NCBI RefSeq assembly: GCF_006345805.1
Contig: NC_043015.1
Location: 992,001-1,056,000, forward strand
Direction of reading: 5' to 3'
DNA: 64,000 nt
DNA from: Octopus sinensis
Lineage: Eukaryota
Part shown: one piece after another, positions 13,043 through 25,556 of the stretch
Layout: each line of letters opens with the position of its first letter
Numbering within the stretch: position 1 is the first letter of the stretch
The notes under the pieces: generated by a model
The model's database searches: none
The model's input: only the letters and a program-made list of their open reading frames with translations
What the model was told of the DNA's origin: nothing
Made by a program: the position numbers and the translations under genes

Positions 13043-13927
13043 CACGAGTGGATCCAAAGGTAACCAGAAACATTGTAGTTCAGGCATCCACCACAAGAAG
13101 CCACTTGATGAGACCCCCAGGAATAAGTCTGTCGACCAGCGTTTTTCGGTCGGATCATACTCCCACGTTTTACGTCTTTGTTTTGCAGTGCTTATTCACT
13201 GTTAGTCGATTTTTGTAATGGCTGAAATGAAGGATCAACGCATTCTCATGAAATTCTGTTTTCTGTTGGAGAAAGCGGCGACCGAAACACTTATCATTCG
13301 GCAAACATGTTACAAGACCACTGCCATGAGCAAAGCACAAGCTTACCAGGGGTTTTCAGGCTTTCAGGAATTCGCACGTGTCGCTTGATGATCAACCTCG
13401 TTCAGAGCGACTGTCAACGTCTCGAGCAAATGAAAACATTATCAAAATTCATGAACTGATCTTTGAGGACCGTCACTGAACAATTAATGAAACTGTTGAT
13501 ATGGCTGGTGTGTTCCGGTGCTCCTGAAAACGAATTTTGAACGAGGAATTTTGAATGAAAAGAGAGGCAAGAAAATGTGTACCTCACTTGCTGATGGAAG
13601 ATCAAGATCAGTCACCACTGAATGGATGTCGAGTTCTTGAAAGAAGTCAAAGTTGAACCGGACCTTTCTTCGAAGATTATCACAGGCGAAGAAATCTGGT
13701 GCTACGGAATTTGCTGCTGTGGATGATGTGATAAGATAAACGTCGGAGGCGTTAAAAGGCATCAGATCGCAAGAGGTCCAGGACTCTTTCAACAACACTG
13801 CTCTCAACAGTGGTAAACGCTCTGGACCAAGAGCACTGCGTCAAATGGTGATAAAAGTGTAGATATGTAAATTAGCGAATAAAATAATAATGCAAAAATT
13901 GCGGTTCCTTTTTGGCACGCCCTCCTG
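13043..13927 (+). mobile_element. Internally deleted mariner (Tc1/mariner) transposon
   Basis: From ATG 13218: MAEMKDQRILMKFCFLLEKAATETL..., SLDDQPRSERLSTSRANENIIKIHELIFEDR..., MKREARKCVPHLL..., KIITGEEIWCYG (the ITGDE.W motif), then a direct jump to C-terminal FAAVDDV..EALKGI. Degenerate TIRs CACGAGTGGATCCAAAGGTAACC / GGTTCCTTTTTGGCACGCCCTCCTG with TA on both sides. Multiple stops and frameshifts. Confidence 0.9.
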
Positions 13928-13950
13928 TATATATATATATATATAATATA

Positions 13951-14325
13951 CTAGCAGTATCTCCCGGCGTTGCTCGGGTTTGTAAGGGAAATAACTATAA
14001 AGCATTTTAGAGAGTTATAACCAAAAAATGCATTAAAAACTGGAAAAAAAATAATGGTAATTTTTTTTTAAATCGTTGACTCATCGTAGACATTTTTAGA
14101 GAGTTACTTCCCTTATATAATAGCGATTAAAATGCATTAAAATGGAAAAAATTATTTTAAAAATCGTAGACTCATTGTAGACGCGCGCTAATACACAGAA
14201 GGGCTCGATGTGAATCTCGACTATAAGATACCCGGTTTGGGTTAAACTGCATCGCAAAATGTATGGGTAGTTAGGAATCTAAAGCGTAGGAGACAGACAC
14301 ACAACCTTACTTTTATATATAAAGA
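13951..14325 (-). mobile_element. Complete non-autonomous Helitron
   Basis: Minus strand starts A|TC TTTATATATAAAAG and ends with hairpin CCCGAGCAACGCCGGG (13963-13978), then AGATACTG and CTAG|T: canonical 5' TC, 3' hairpin plus CTRR, A|T target. It carries an internal repeat of roughly 90-100 bp. Confidence 0.8.
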
Positions 14326-16844
14326 TATATATAAGATATATATATATAATATATATATACATGTTTGTCCGTTCTGTGTTTAGCCCTCAATGGGCAATAA
14401 AGAAATATATATATGTAGGTAAAATTATTGAGGAGTGCGTGCGTTACATAAATAATATTTTCAGGACAACAAACGAAGACAACAAACAAAAGAAGTCAAG
14501 AAACGAAACAAATATGGCATATCTATATATATTTAAACCCTCAGATGGAATTATAATTTGATTATGAAAATCTAAAATGCTAAGACGTGGCGTGAGAATT
14601 TCAAAGAGAACAATTATTAGATTTAAATTTTGGCACTGTGGAGCAGCAATTTCGAAGGAGGTTCTTATTTTCTCGTTCTCCATAGGATGATATACTCGGG
14701 ATTCGATATGCTCGATATGCTCGGCATTCGAACTCACAATGCACAATCAAATGAAAAATCTGCCGAGGCGCACTAAAGACCTTGCCTGCAACATATTCGA
14801 ATGAATAGACCATCATCTCTCCCCCTCTCCCTTCCTCACATCTTCCTCTGTGTATACATATATATATGTGTGTGTGTGTGCATGTATGTGTCTGTATGTG
14901 TGTGTGTGTGCCTTTATGTGTGTACGTGTGCTTGTGCTTATACTTACATATGCACACATCAACGTTTCTCTCAGCAAAACGCTTGTATACATGTGTGCAT
15001 GTTTGTAGTATATGCCTGTGTGATTTTATTCATACCTGCATCTGCTCAGACATCTATGTTTTATTTATTTATTTTCTAAATATATGCGTGTGTATGCGTA
15101 TGTATATATGTATGTATGTATGTATGTATATGTATGTATGTATGTATGTATTTATGTATGTATGTGTGTGTAATTTCATTCACTATCTTCTTAGCTTTCA
15201 CCGATAAACAGCTGTTAGTGTCCACTGGTATGATATTTCACACCACCAGATGGCCATGGATGTCACAGTTAAATGTGACTGTGTCATAGTATATAGTCTA
15301 CTCTCGTATATCGCTTTACTTTACGTTTTATTGTTGTTGTTGTTGCTGTTGCAGTTGTTGTTGTTTATCTTCTTGTGATTGTTTTTGGTGACATTATGGC
15401 TGTTGTTGTATTTATTGTTGTCTTAAATAATAAAAAAAGTTCACCTTGGGTAAATTCGTTTCAAACACACACCATGTCTGATTTTCAAAATAAAGACTCG
15501 ATTCCCATGGCTTCAAATGTCGAACGGATGCAATCAAACGTAGTTTCAAATCAAACTGACGTGAAAAGATATTGCTTCTTTCTAGCATATACATGAGGCC
15601 CATATATTTGGAATTCGTGGATTGGTCGACAGCATCGATCTCAATATTTCACTGGTGTTATTTCTTAACTACCCTGCTTGGATGTAATTTGAATTCAGAA
15701 CGTTAACGTGTTATAGGAAAGAAATCATTGCACTTCATTCTACGTTCTAGCGCTTCTGCCATTCTACTATCCTCAAATCTGTTAAGTAATTGTAAACTCA
15801 ACGACAACAAATCCCCACAAGAACAAAATCAACAGACATATTTATAATTAACACTTCGGCAACGTGTCACTAGTTTCCGTAGTATAAAATGACTGATTAA
15901 TCGCAAGTGGATTGCACTTGTTCACACTGCGAATTCCGAGCCTAATAACATTAATAACCAAAATATAACGCATTTGTACCTGTATAATGTGAATATGGCC
16001 GTTGGTATATAAGTATGTGTGTTATAATAAAGCCATGCGTTATCTCATATCACCCTGTGTTTATTTAGTTAATACTAAATCCGCTCATCATAATAGCAGT
16101 GAAAAACTACATATAACGAAAGATAGCTACCTATTGACAATTAAAATTCATCCAACATTTAGGCAGTGTATTTATTATTATATATTACACACACCTTCAT
16201 TTCTTCCGGGAATTTGATCTTCAGTTATGCTATTTTATAATCTATGCACTATTTATCTTTTACTGTTTTACATGTCTCAGTCATGTAACTGAGGCTGAGC
16301 TGGGGCACCACCTTGAGTATTATATAAAAGTATAGCAACAGTACAGGCAATCAAACCTGATGAATTGGTACCACTGTTTTTGAAATTTACTTTAGCTGAA
16401 AAAAAAAATAAAAGTAATGTCGTAATCGGTAGAAAATAAAGTAAGAAAGTAATCAAAATGTATTTTGACCATCATTCTACTATTACCGAATTCACTTGTA
16501 TTTTTTTAATGCTTTTTTTTTTAATATGCAGAAATATATTATGAAATGTTATTCAATACAAATTACATTGCATGATATTTGAAATTGTGTTGTTCTTTAC
16601 GACGTTCAGGGTGAGATTTCAGACGTTAATGTAACGTGGTTATAAATGTTTTGCAATTAATTGACACATAGTAATAGAAAACATACACTGCATATCAGAT
16701 AATAACTAAATGCTATATATTACTTCCGTAATATTATAGCACAATAACGAAGTTATTCAAATGTCATTATAAGATGTAAATGAAAACAAAATGGTGACCT
16801 CATGCAAAATAAAATCTAGAAATACAGTAAGTTATATATATATA

Positions 16845-16910
<66 letters not shown>

Positions 16911-18133
16911 TCATATATATATATACATATATATATATATGTGTTTATTCATATATATATACACACACACATATATATATATATATAAATACACACATAC
17001 ATGAGCATATATATATATATAAATATATATATATATACATTGCACGTACGTTCATATGTGTGTGTGCGTGCGAGTATATGCGTTTTTGTATATATAACTG
17101 TTATTTTCGTATTTGTTTTCTTCAGACTTTACCCAATTTATAGCAACATTTCACCGATAATTATCGTGTTTTTAACAATTAGCAACAATGACCTACTTTA
17201 AAATAATTTATTTCTGCATTTTTCATTAATTGTTTACCACAATATAAATTTTCTATAAATGTTGTTTTACGACCGTATTATATTTCACTATTCATCATTG
17301 TCACATATCCAATTTCGTTTGTATAATTAAATTGTAATATAAATCATAGCGATTGTTTCCGTTAGTATTTTTAATTATCATACAGAACAATGTGGGTCAG
17401 GCTGCTGGTTATATAAAATTATATAAGAATACTTTTGTTATTCTTCTTGAGATAAACATTGACCTTGAGCAACTTATTATGAGTCTCAAGTAGGAATTAC
17501 ATAGAAGTGTGTATGAAACAATTAGTGTTTCATTTTATGAGGTAATAATTATTGTGACTATTAAACCAACGCTAAGTTAGTAATGTGAGACGATTTTCAT
17601 TGATATTTACCGGCGTTTTTGAGATCATTCACACCAGAAATACCATACACGGGCAGGGCATCGCTGCGCATATATATAATTTCATAAAGAAAATGGAAAA
17701 GATAAACAAAATTTTCTGTCACTGCTAAAATAACTTTCCATGCTATATATTTCTTTGTTTAATTAATTTTTAAGCTATACTTATAAATGTATTTATATTT
17801 ATTTATTTATTTATTTATTTATATATATATTTATTTATTTATTGATGTGTTGTATTCACTCATCCATTCTATGACATTCCAATTTTTTTCTTTTCAAAGA
17901 ATGCTAAATTTAGAGAAATTCTTCCAGTCAATCACGCTTTATTATTTAATAATTTATTCATATGTGTTTAGAGTTAGCAGCCACACCACTATTCAACGCG
18001 TTTGATGGATGCTCTGACAAGTGGAGCCGTATTCTTTGCGCTTCGGAGGTGGCCTCACTTCTTGCAAATGCATAGATTCCGGTAAAGTCACAACGGATGA
18101 CGAATATATTTTTTAAAATTTAATTAAAATGTT

Positions 18134-18900
18134 ATTGGCTCAAAAAGCAAAAGCAAGGCCATGTAGGGGGACAGGGGGAATTATGTACAGGGAGGATGGT
18201 CATAAAAAGTGTCCAGGCCATTTCCGGTCAAGAGAGACTTTGAACCGAGCGGTCGTCGACATCTTCACTATCTCGTCCCATCAAAATAGCATCCCATCAA
18301 GAGATCGAAACGTCTCTAGCATGTCCCTTTACAGTCTCCGTCTACAACTAAAATGTCTTTTGTCTCCCTGCACTGATAGTAGAAAATATGGCCCAATGTA
18401 ATCTTGCCCAATCCGATTGTCTTACCAAGACATTCCCTTGGCTTCCTATGCAACCTGCTCAGAATATTATTAGGATACACAATATGCTTCCTTCATTCTT
18501 TCACATCCCTTAACTGTGTGGTCGTTGTGGCATTCGTTTGTGAAGTTGCAACCAGATTTCACCACTTCTCTGCAGCTTCTACGTCGGCGAAATTGAGGCC
18601 TGTCTACTCTTTGATGTTAATCGATTCGATTACCGATCCGGTATGTATTCTGGTCTCCTTGTCATCATCATGAATGTATCATCAACAAATGCGATTGGCA
18701 GCACTTATTCGTCTCCAAGCTGTTAACTATAACAGCAGACCGTTAACCTGAACATGCTCATTCGCCCTAGCCTGTCATTGCTTGGAAACCTCAACTCAGA
18801 GTCTTTCTCCAATTGGTGCACAGAAGTAGTATTCAGCTCTAATTTTTTATAAGCCATTTTGTCATTCAAACTCGCTATTGTAGCTTCTGAATGTCTATAC
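18134..18900 (-). pseudogene. Decayed non-LTR retrotransposon reverse-transcriptase fragment
   Basis: Minus strand QLGDE*VLPIAFVDDTF (AFVDD at 18678-18692 equals the (Y/F)xDD catalytic motif), followed after a frameshift by E*TGLNF; many stops. Boundaries are approximate. Confidence 0.5.
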
Positions 18901-20105
18901 CTATTATGAAAGATATTCCTAAATGTTGCAGATAACAGCGTTTAGAATTATACATAATTTTATCATCAAACATGTATCTTCATGAAGTTAGACAAAAGGG
19001 TTTAATATAAGACCTCTGAGGTTTATTATAATATGCATGGCGGTCACTTACATGCTACTAATTTCATGTAAATTTAGATTATTTCAAGATTTATGACGTG
19101 AGGTTTCCTCAAACTTCTTCCAGAAAAGTTCGAATTTCTTTCCAGACTATGCTTATTTCTGTTCAACACGCTTAAATATCTCGTACGTAAATCCGTCTGA
19201 ATTACCAGTATTCGTACATCTCCATGGTAAAACCTGGCCAAACTTGCGAAATTTACAGAAGTAATATTCCAATATATATCATTAATAGCTTCTAACAATG
19301 AATTTTTTACAGCTTCAAAATTTTGAAAATTCGAAATTTGGACTCTACGATATAGTGCATGATATAATACCAGACAAGATATGATTTCAGTGCAGGCGGG
19401 TTCATTATACAATGGAGATAGCAAATGTATAAAAACAGAGCTCGGTATATTCTCGAAGCAGGGTTCAGGTTACAATGCTAATCATAATAGGAAGCTTAAT
19501 TTCCCGTAATGGGTTTCTGTTGTTACACCAAGAGTTTATTGTAACAGGAATTAGTACATAGCATTTTATATTACACTCTGCGTATATACACAGTATTCAA
19601 AATAATTTAACAAAATATTTATATCAATACCGTTTATCCATTAAATCACAGAATTTCACTAAACTGACGTCTCCTAGTATACTTGGTAAAATATTTGCAT
19701 TTAACAATCACACAAACAATATATAAAAAAAATATTTGTTTTGAAAACTTCGTTTAGATTGAGGTAATTTTAATTTCTTATCTAGATTTTAATACTGATA
19801 CATATTTTGATACGTTTTTGGTCACTAATTTGTTTTGCTTCTTATTATTCCATTATGACTAATGGAAATATTTCCTTTTTAATTGAAAATTTAACTTGAT
19901 ATGCGATCTTCATCGAAATGTTTCGTTTTCGATGATTATTAAGAATGTTTTGGTGTCAATAAATTGCATTAGATCTTAATGATTGTATTAATAATTGAGC
20001 CATTAAGAATATCTTAATTATAATATACCAAATATTTTTATTAATATAATCCGGACTATTATACTAATAACTGTACACATACATGCATACACATACACAC
20101 AAACT

Positions 20106-20163
<58 letters not shown>

Positions 20164-20169
20164 ATATAT

Positions 20170-20280
<111 letters not shown>

Positions 20281-21090
20281 CGATAGATAGATTTATTCTC
20301 AGCAGTTGACTGAAGAATTGTTTCTTTTCTTAGAATACTATGCCAGGACTTTTAAATCACATTTGCATAGAACAAAGTAATACATCCTAAGTTCAAGTCT
20401 TAACTGCTTTGTATTATTTTGTGATTAAACCCATTTTAAAGAAAATATTTTTGAACTGTAATAAATGGGTAGCCTAAGTCATCCCTGATGGAACAGACCT
20501 TTGATAAAGGAGAATATGTCTCATTTATCACAGCAAAGAATATGCATCAAAATAAAACGAAAATTGAGATATATACTATGGCTACCAAACTTGAAGAATA
20601 AAACTTAAACGAAATCTTGAGGATAAATATAATTTAAAATTCTGAAAATGTGAAACTAATAAGCATTGCAAAAGCTAAAAATTTTATTGACTACCTTAAG
20701 GCACCAACTTCGTAACGTCTGTGTAAATGGACTGACGTAAGTGGATCAAGAATAAAAATCGTTAATATTTAATGTTTTCGGTTCTTAGAATTTAGTCATA
20801 TCGAGGCACTACCTGTAAGAATTTTAGTCAAAGGAATCGATTCCAGAACCTTTCCTTTTAAAGACTAGAGTATATGCATACACACACACACACAACACAC
20901 ACACACACACATACACACACACATACACACACAAACACACACACACACATACACACATTTAAATGTATATACATACTGCATACTTCTTTCGCTTTCCATC
21001 TACCTAAACCGCTCTGAACTTCCTGGTCGACCCGAGGGTGCAGTAAAAGTCATTTGCCCAAGACCTCACACATATATATATGTATTACAC

Positions 21091-21470
21091 TTTACTCTTT
21101 TACTCTTTACTTGTTTCAGTCATTTGACTGCGGCCATGCTGGAGCACCGCCTTTAATCGAGCAACTCGACCCCGGGACTTATTCTTTGTAAGCCCAGTAC
21201 TTATTCTATCAGTCGCTTTTTGCTGAACCGCTAGGTGACGGGGACATCAACACACACACATATACACATATATATATACATATACACGATGGGCTTCTTT
21301 CAGTTTCCGTCTACCAAATCCACTCACAAGGCTTTGGTCGGCCCGAGGCTATAGTAGAAGACACCTGCCCAAGGTGCCACGAAGTGGGACTGAACCCGGA
21401 ACCATGTGGTTGGTAAACAAGCTACTTACCACACAGCTACTCCTGCGCCTATAGCCACTCCTGCGCCTAT
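21091..21470 (-). mobile_element. SINE family B, full length, with internal microsatellite and duplicated 5' end
   Basis: Minus strand head ATAGGCGCAGGAGT.GCTGTGTGGTAAGTAGC..GGTTCCGGGTTCAGTCCC, CORE-like GGCACCTTGGGCAGGTGTCTT, internal (TA/TG)n, and tail CAAATGACTGAAACAAGTAAAGAGTAAAAGAG. Confidence 0.9.
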
Positions 21471-21779
21471 ATATATATTGTTGAACTTAAAGGGAACTTA
21501 ACTCAGAATGGAAACACTCGGATCAAATGCGTATATATATATATCATATAAAAAATTCCTGGTAACAAAGAATAATTACAGGAGCAATAGTAAATAAAAC
21601 GCAGAAATGCGATATATACAACCAGGCAGAAAGAACAGCATCGCTGGACAAACATAGCAAATTGTCGGGTTTGAATAAATGCATATTCAGAAAAAGAATT
21701 CAAGATATATTTGCATATAGGCACGTGTACAATGGTTTATGTGTGCGTGAGTTTATGTGTTTATGTGTATATATAAATG

Positions 21780-21822
<43 letters not shown>

Positions 21823-22061
21823 ATATATATATATATGTGTGTGTGTGGTGTGTGTGTGTATTTAAGCGTATGCATAACTATATATGTATATATATATATA
21901 TATATCTATATATATATAATATATATATATATATAATATTATATATTGCATATTTATGTTTACACGTGCACACAGATTTACATGCATATATATATATATG
22001 TTTGTGTGTGTGTGTGTGTGTAGTGTACTTTTAGGTCTGGGGTACAGATATTGAATGAATA

Positions 22062-22224
22062 TTGAGGGAAAAGGTCACCAGAATTTTGCAATTTTTTTTT
22101 TGCGTTTCTCAAACTTGTCAAATAGAATTTCTCTGACGAATTCGAGAAGCGAAAGAAAGTACTATTAATAATGAATAAATAAAAAAAAGATTTTTACCTA
22201 AATTCTGGTGACCTTTTTTCTCAA
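22062..22224. mobile_element. Small TA-flanked MITE
   Basis: 22056-22086 and 22200-22230 are inverted repeats matching at 28/31 positions (18-bp perfect core AAAAGGTCACCAGAATTT). TA dinucleotides at 22060-61 and 22225-26 fit a Tc1/mariner-type TSD. Confidence 0.7.
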
Positions 22225-22231
22225 TATACAT

Positions 22232-22312
<81 letters not shown>

Positions 22313-23114
22313 ATATATGTTTCAAATTTACAATAAACAAAAATGAGATATAGATAAGGAAAAAACAAGCTAGACGTAATAGTTTGACACTGAGGAAAAA
22401 GTGAAGGATTCGTTTACGTTTCGAACCTACGCTCATCAGGAGAAAGGAAGAAGGAAGGAAAATAGTGAAAGGAAAAAGCACAAAGAGAAGAAAATGTGTT
22501 TGGATTGGCAGTTTCACACACACACACGCACACACATGTGTGTGTGAATATGTGTATGCATATATATATATATATGAGTGTGTGTGTGTGTGTGTCAGTG
22601 TGTGTGTGTGTGTGTCTGTTCGTGCATACACCTTCTCTCACCTACGCACGTACATTTCACGTATACATGCACGTGTGTATGCCTATATACACATCTCTAT
22701 ATGTGTATCTTTTGTCTTGTACGTGTATGTTTGCATTAGTTTTGTATGTCTAATCAAATACTACCTTATTTTACTGCTTCTATAAAATATAATCCTCGTA
22801 CGTCACACTAAGAAGATTAGTAAGAAACCAATCCAGATTATTTCTTTCTATGTTTTTAGGGACATCTTCATAATTCATACGTCTCAAAAATGTCTTCTAC
22901 CTTTGATGCTTTTTTCAAAAAATAACCTGATAATTAATGGAAGTATGGTCATAATATTTGTCATTCAAGGTTTTTTTGAAGTTCAAAGGCGAAATATTCG
23001 TAAACCTGAAAATGAGCTATTACTACTAGTTTTTGGGGTGAGAGCATTCGTTACACGATCACGTGTCTGTTCTTGTTATTATCGTTATTTACATCCTACT
23101 CCATTTTAAATCTT

Positions 23115-23488
23115 AAGATGGTGCGCTGGATAATTAATTATAGCGTCGGAGAAAAATATTTTGCATCATTTGATCCGATTCTTTCCATTCTGAGTTAAAT
23201 TCCCTTTAAGTTCAACAATGTGTTTCATCTTTTTGGAACGATCAGGTAAATTACCTATTTCTTTACTACCCATAAGGGGCTAAACACAGAGAGGACAAAC
23301 AAGGACAGACAAACGGATTAAGTCGATTATATCGGTCCCAGTACGTAACTGGTACTTATTTAATCGACCCCGAAAGGATGAAAGGCAAAGTCGACCTCGG
23401 CAGAGTTTGAACTCAGAACGTAACGGCAGACGAAATATGGCTTAGCATTTCACCCGCTGTTCTAACGATTCTGCCAGCTCCCCGCCTT
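23115..23488. mobile_element. Tail-to-tail SINE-A pair (old plus copy 23115-23250, younger minus copy 23255-23488)
   Basis: Degenerate head GATGGTGCGCTGG..TTCTGAGTTAAATTCC on plus, then an intact family A copy on minus. Confidence 0.75.
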
Positions 23489-23794
23489 CCTATCAGATAA
23501 ATTACCATCGAAGTACTGATGGTAAACGGTGGACTAACACATAACCATGGATATCACAGACCTCGTGACTAAATTGAAAATCATGATTACTTAGCGGAGG
23601 ATAAACCGTTTGGTTACACTGGATATGTTCACAAAATGAGAGACTTGTCATTGTTGGAACGGTTTTTAAAGACTTTATATTTGTGCATGTTTGAAATGCC
23701 TGACAATAAGACATATATTAGTATGCAGGGATTATATATCGACATGTCAGAAAGCCAACAGACTACTGTCAGTCAATGTTTGGTCATGTGAAGG

Positions 23795-24225
23795 CAGCGA
23801 GCAAACAGAATATTTAGGCGCCGGACAAACGTTCCCGGCGGCATTTCTAACGAGTTTACGTCTTGAGTGCAAATACTCCTGCGGTTTATTCAAATTTTAA
23901 TCCTTACGGGGTTGATAAAATAAGTACAAATAGAGTGCTAATATCGACTTAATCGACTTAAACTTTCCCTAAAGTTGCTGGCCTTGTTAAAAATTTGGAC
24001 TCGATATTTGAGCAAATGAAGGCAGCGAGCTGGGAGAATCTTTACCGCGTCGGAAAACTTGTTTAGGGGCATTTCTTCCAATTTTACGTTCTTAGTTCAA
24101 ATGTCGCGGGATTCGACTGACAGTTCATCCTTTCTAGGCCGATAAATAAGTACCAGTTCGGTCGATGTAATTGACCTACCCCCTCCTACGAAATTTCTGA
24201 CCTTGTGTCAAAATTTGAATGTAAT
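23795..24225 (+). mobile_element. Two degenerate SINE-A copies in tandem
   Basis: GAAGGCAGCGAGC heads at about 23790 and 24018, each followed by decayed B box, core and the older tail. Confidence 0.7.
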
Positions 24226-24790
24226 ATTTTGTCATGTGAAATGAGCCAATAACTAGATTATATTCTATGGTGGGTTATAACGAAACAAGAAGGCCAAAAG
24301 CATTTAAGTACGAATGAATATTATGTTCTGTTTTTAATTCTTTGAAATCTTTCATTGCGGAAGGAGCTGGCTACTAACAAAGATACGAACATCTATCGAT
24401 AGAATTCAGATGGCAAAACCAAATTCGCATTTAAAACTTGATCAAAGCCCTTACTATTTTTAATGTTCCACATACATATTTTATTTGTAATGTGCAAACA
24501 GCAGGTTGAATTTTCTGAAAAGCCTAGTTTGTCGAGATTGTTACAGATATTTACACTCAAAACAAGTTGCATCAAATATTTATAATATAAATTTGAATTT
24601 AATGTCTGGATATGTATATATATATATATACTGGAGATTCACAAACAGTTGTTCCTAAGTTGCTAACATTTTTCTCTTTGCTTTTCGAAGAAATATTGAC
24701 ATCGATTGGGCAACTGACCTTTATGACGGTACATAACTTTGCTATCCAAAACATCTATAAGCGAAATGATATGCTTACTATGCCTGCGAT

Positions 24791-24863
24791 GAATGTATGC
24801 ACGTGAAATAAAGAAAGAGAATGTATGCACGTGAAATAAAGAAAGAGAATGTATGCACGTGAA
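24791..24863 (+). repeat. 28-bp tandem repeat, 2.6 copies, each with a CACGTG E-box
   Basis: GAATGTATGCACGTGAAATAAAGAAAGA at 24791 and 24819, with a partial copy at 24847. Confidence 0.9.
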
Positions 24864-24895
24864 TAAGTAGGTATGTGTGCGTTTGTGTGTGTGCG

Positions 24896-25556
24896 CACGC
24901 GGTCTGATCAATAAGTATCTGCAGTGCTGCTATAGAAACGAAACTAAGGCACGCAGAGTAAACCGCTTGGCCTAGATTGATCTTGATTTCTGTTGTGCAT
25001 GCGCAGTGAGTTTTAACGTTCTTGCTGACTTTTGCTGTTTATAGCAGCACCTGGAAGGAACATGTGTAGTGCGTGGTCGCCGCATTCCATATGACAGAGT
25101 AGTTAGGCAGAGAATCAAATATAATCAAAAGGTGGGCGATTCCTGCTCAAAGGCCCAAAAAAATGTTTTCAAAAAGTTCTCATCATCCTCAACACAATCA
25201 AAATCATGTGCAGCTGAAACCCGTGTGTCTCTCCGGTCATCTGAAAGCAGTTTTGACACAAACTTGGCAGACACGCGTTTCATACCCAGATCTTAAGATA
25301 ATGGACTGAACTGAACCGTAACTAATCGGCACATACTCTGATCACACACGGATTGTGATTCAACGATTTCCCTTCACAGTTGCACATCTGCAATGCTTTC
25401 CCCGGTTTTACTGGTTGCAGGTCTCCCAGTTTTGCTCGTTTCGGGTATCGTCAATATCGTCCTTTTTTCTGCCATTTTGGAAACGTCTAAGACATTTGTA
25501 CATGTTTGTGCGGCTCATACACTCCGCTCCGTACACTTTCTGCAACTTTGCCTCGG
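24896..25556. mobile_element. Mariner transposon 5' half with an internal inversion
   Basis: Plus strand: TIR CGCGGTCTGATCAATAAGTAT, ATG 25091 MTE..QRI.KYNQKVGDSCSK. Minus strand 25556 to about 25156: EAKLQKVYGAECMSRTNMYKCLRRFQNGR..GRPATSKT..LGMKRVSAKFVSKLLSDD..EDDENFLK, which is the direct continuation of the same transposase. Confidence 0.85.

Noticed and set aside
14686-14790. Acceptor followed by a short ORF (MIYSGFDMLDMLGIRTHNAQ...)
   Set aside because: It overlaps a decayed tRNA-SINE-like stretch (GGCATTCGAACTCACAA..GCCGAGGCGCACTAA) and has no donor.
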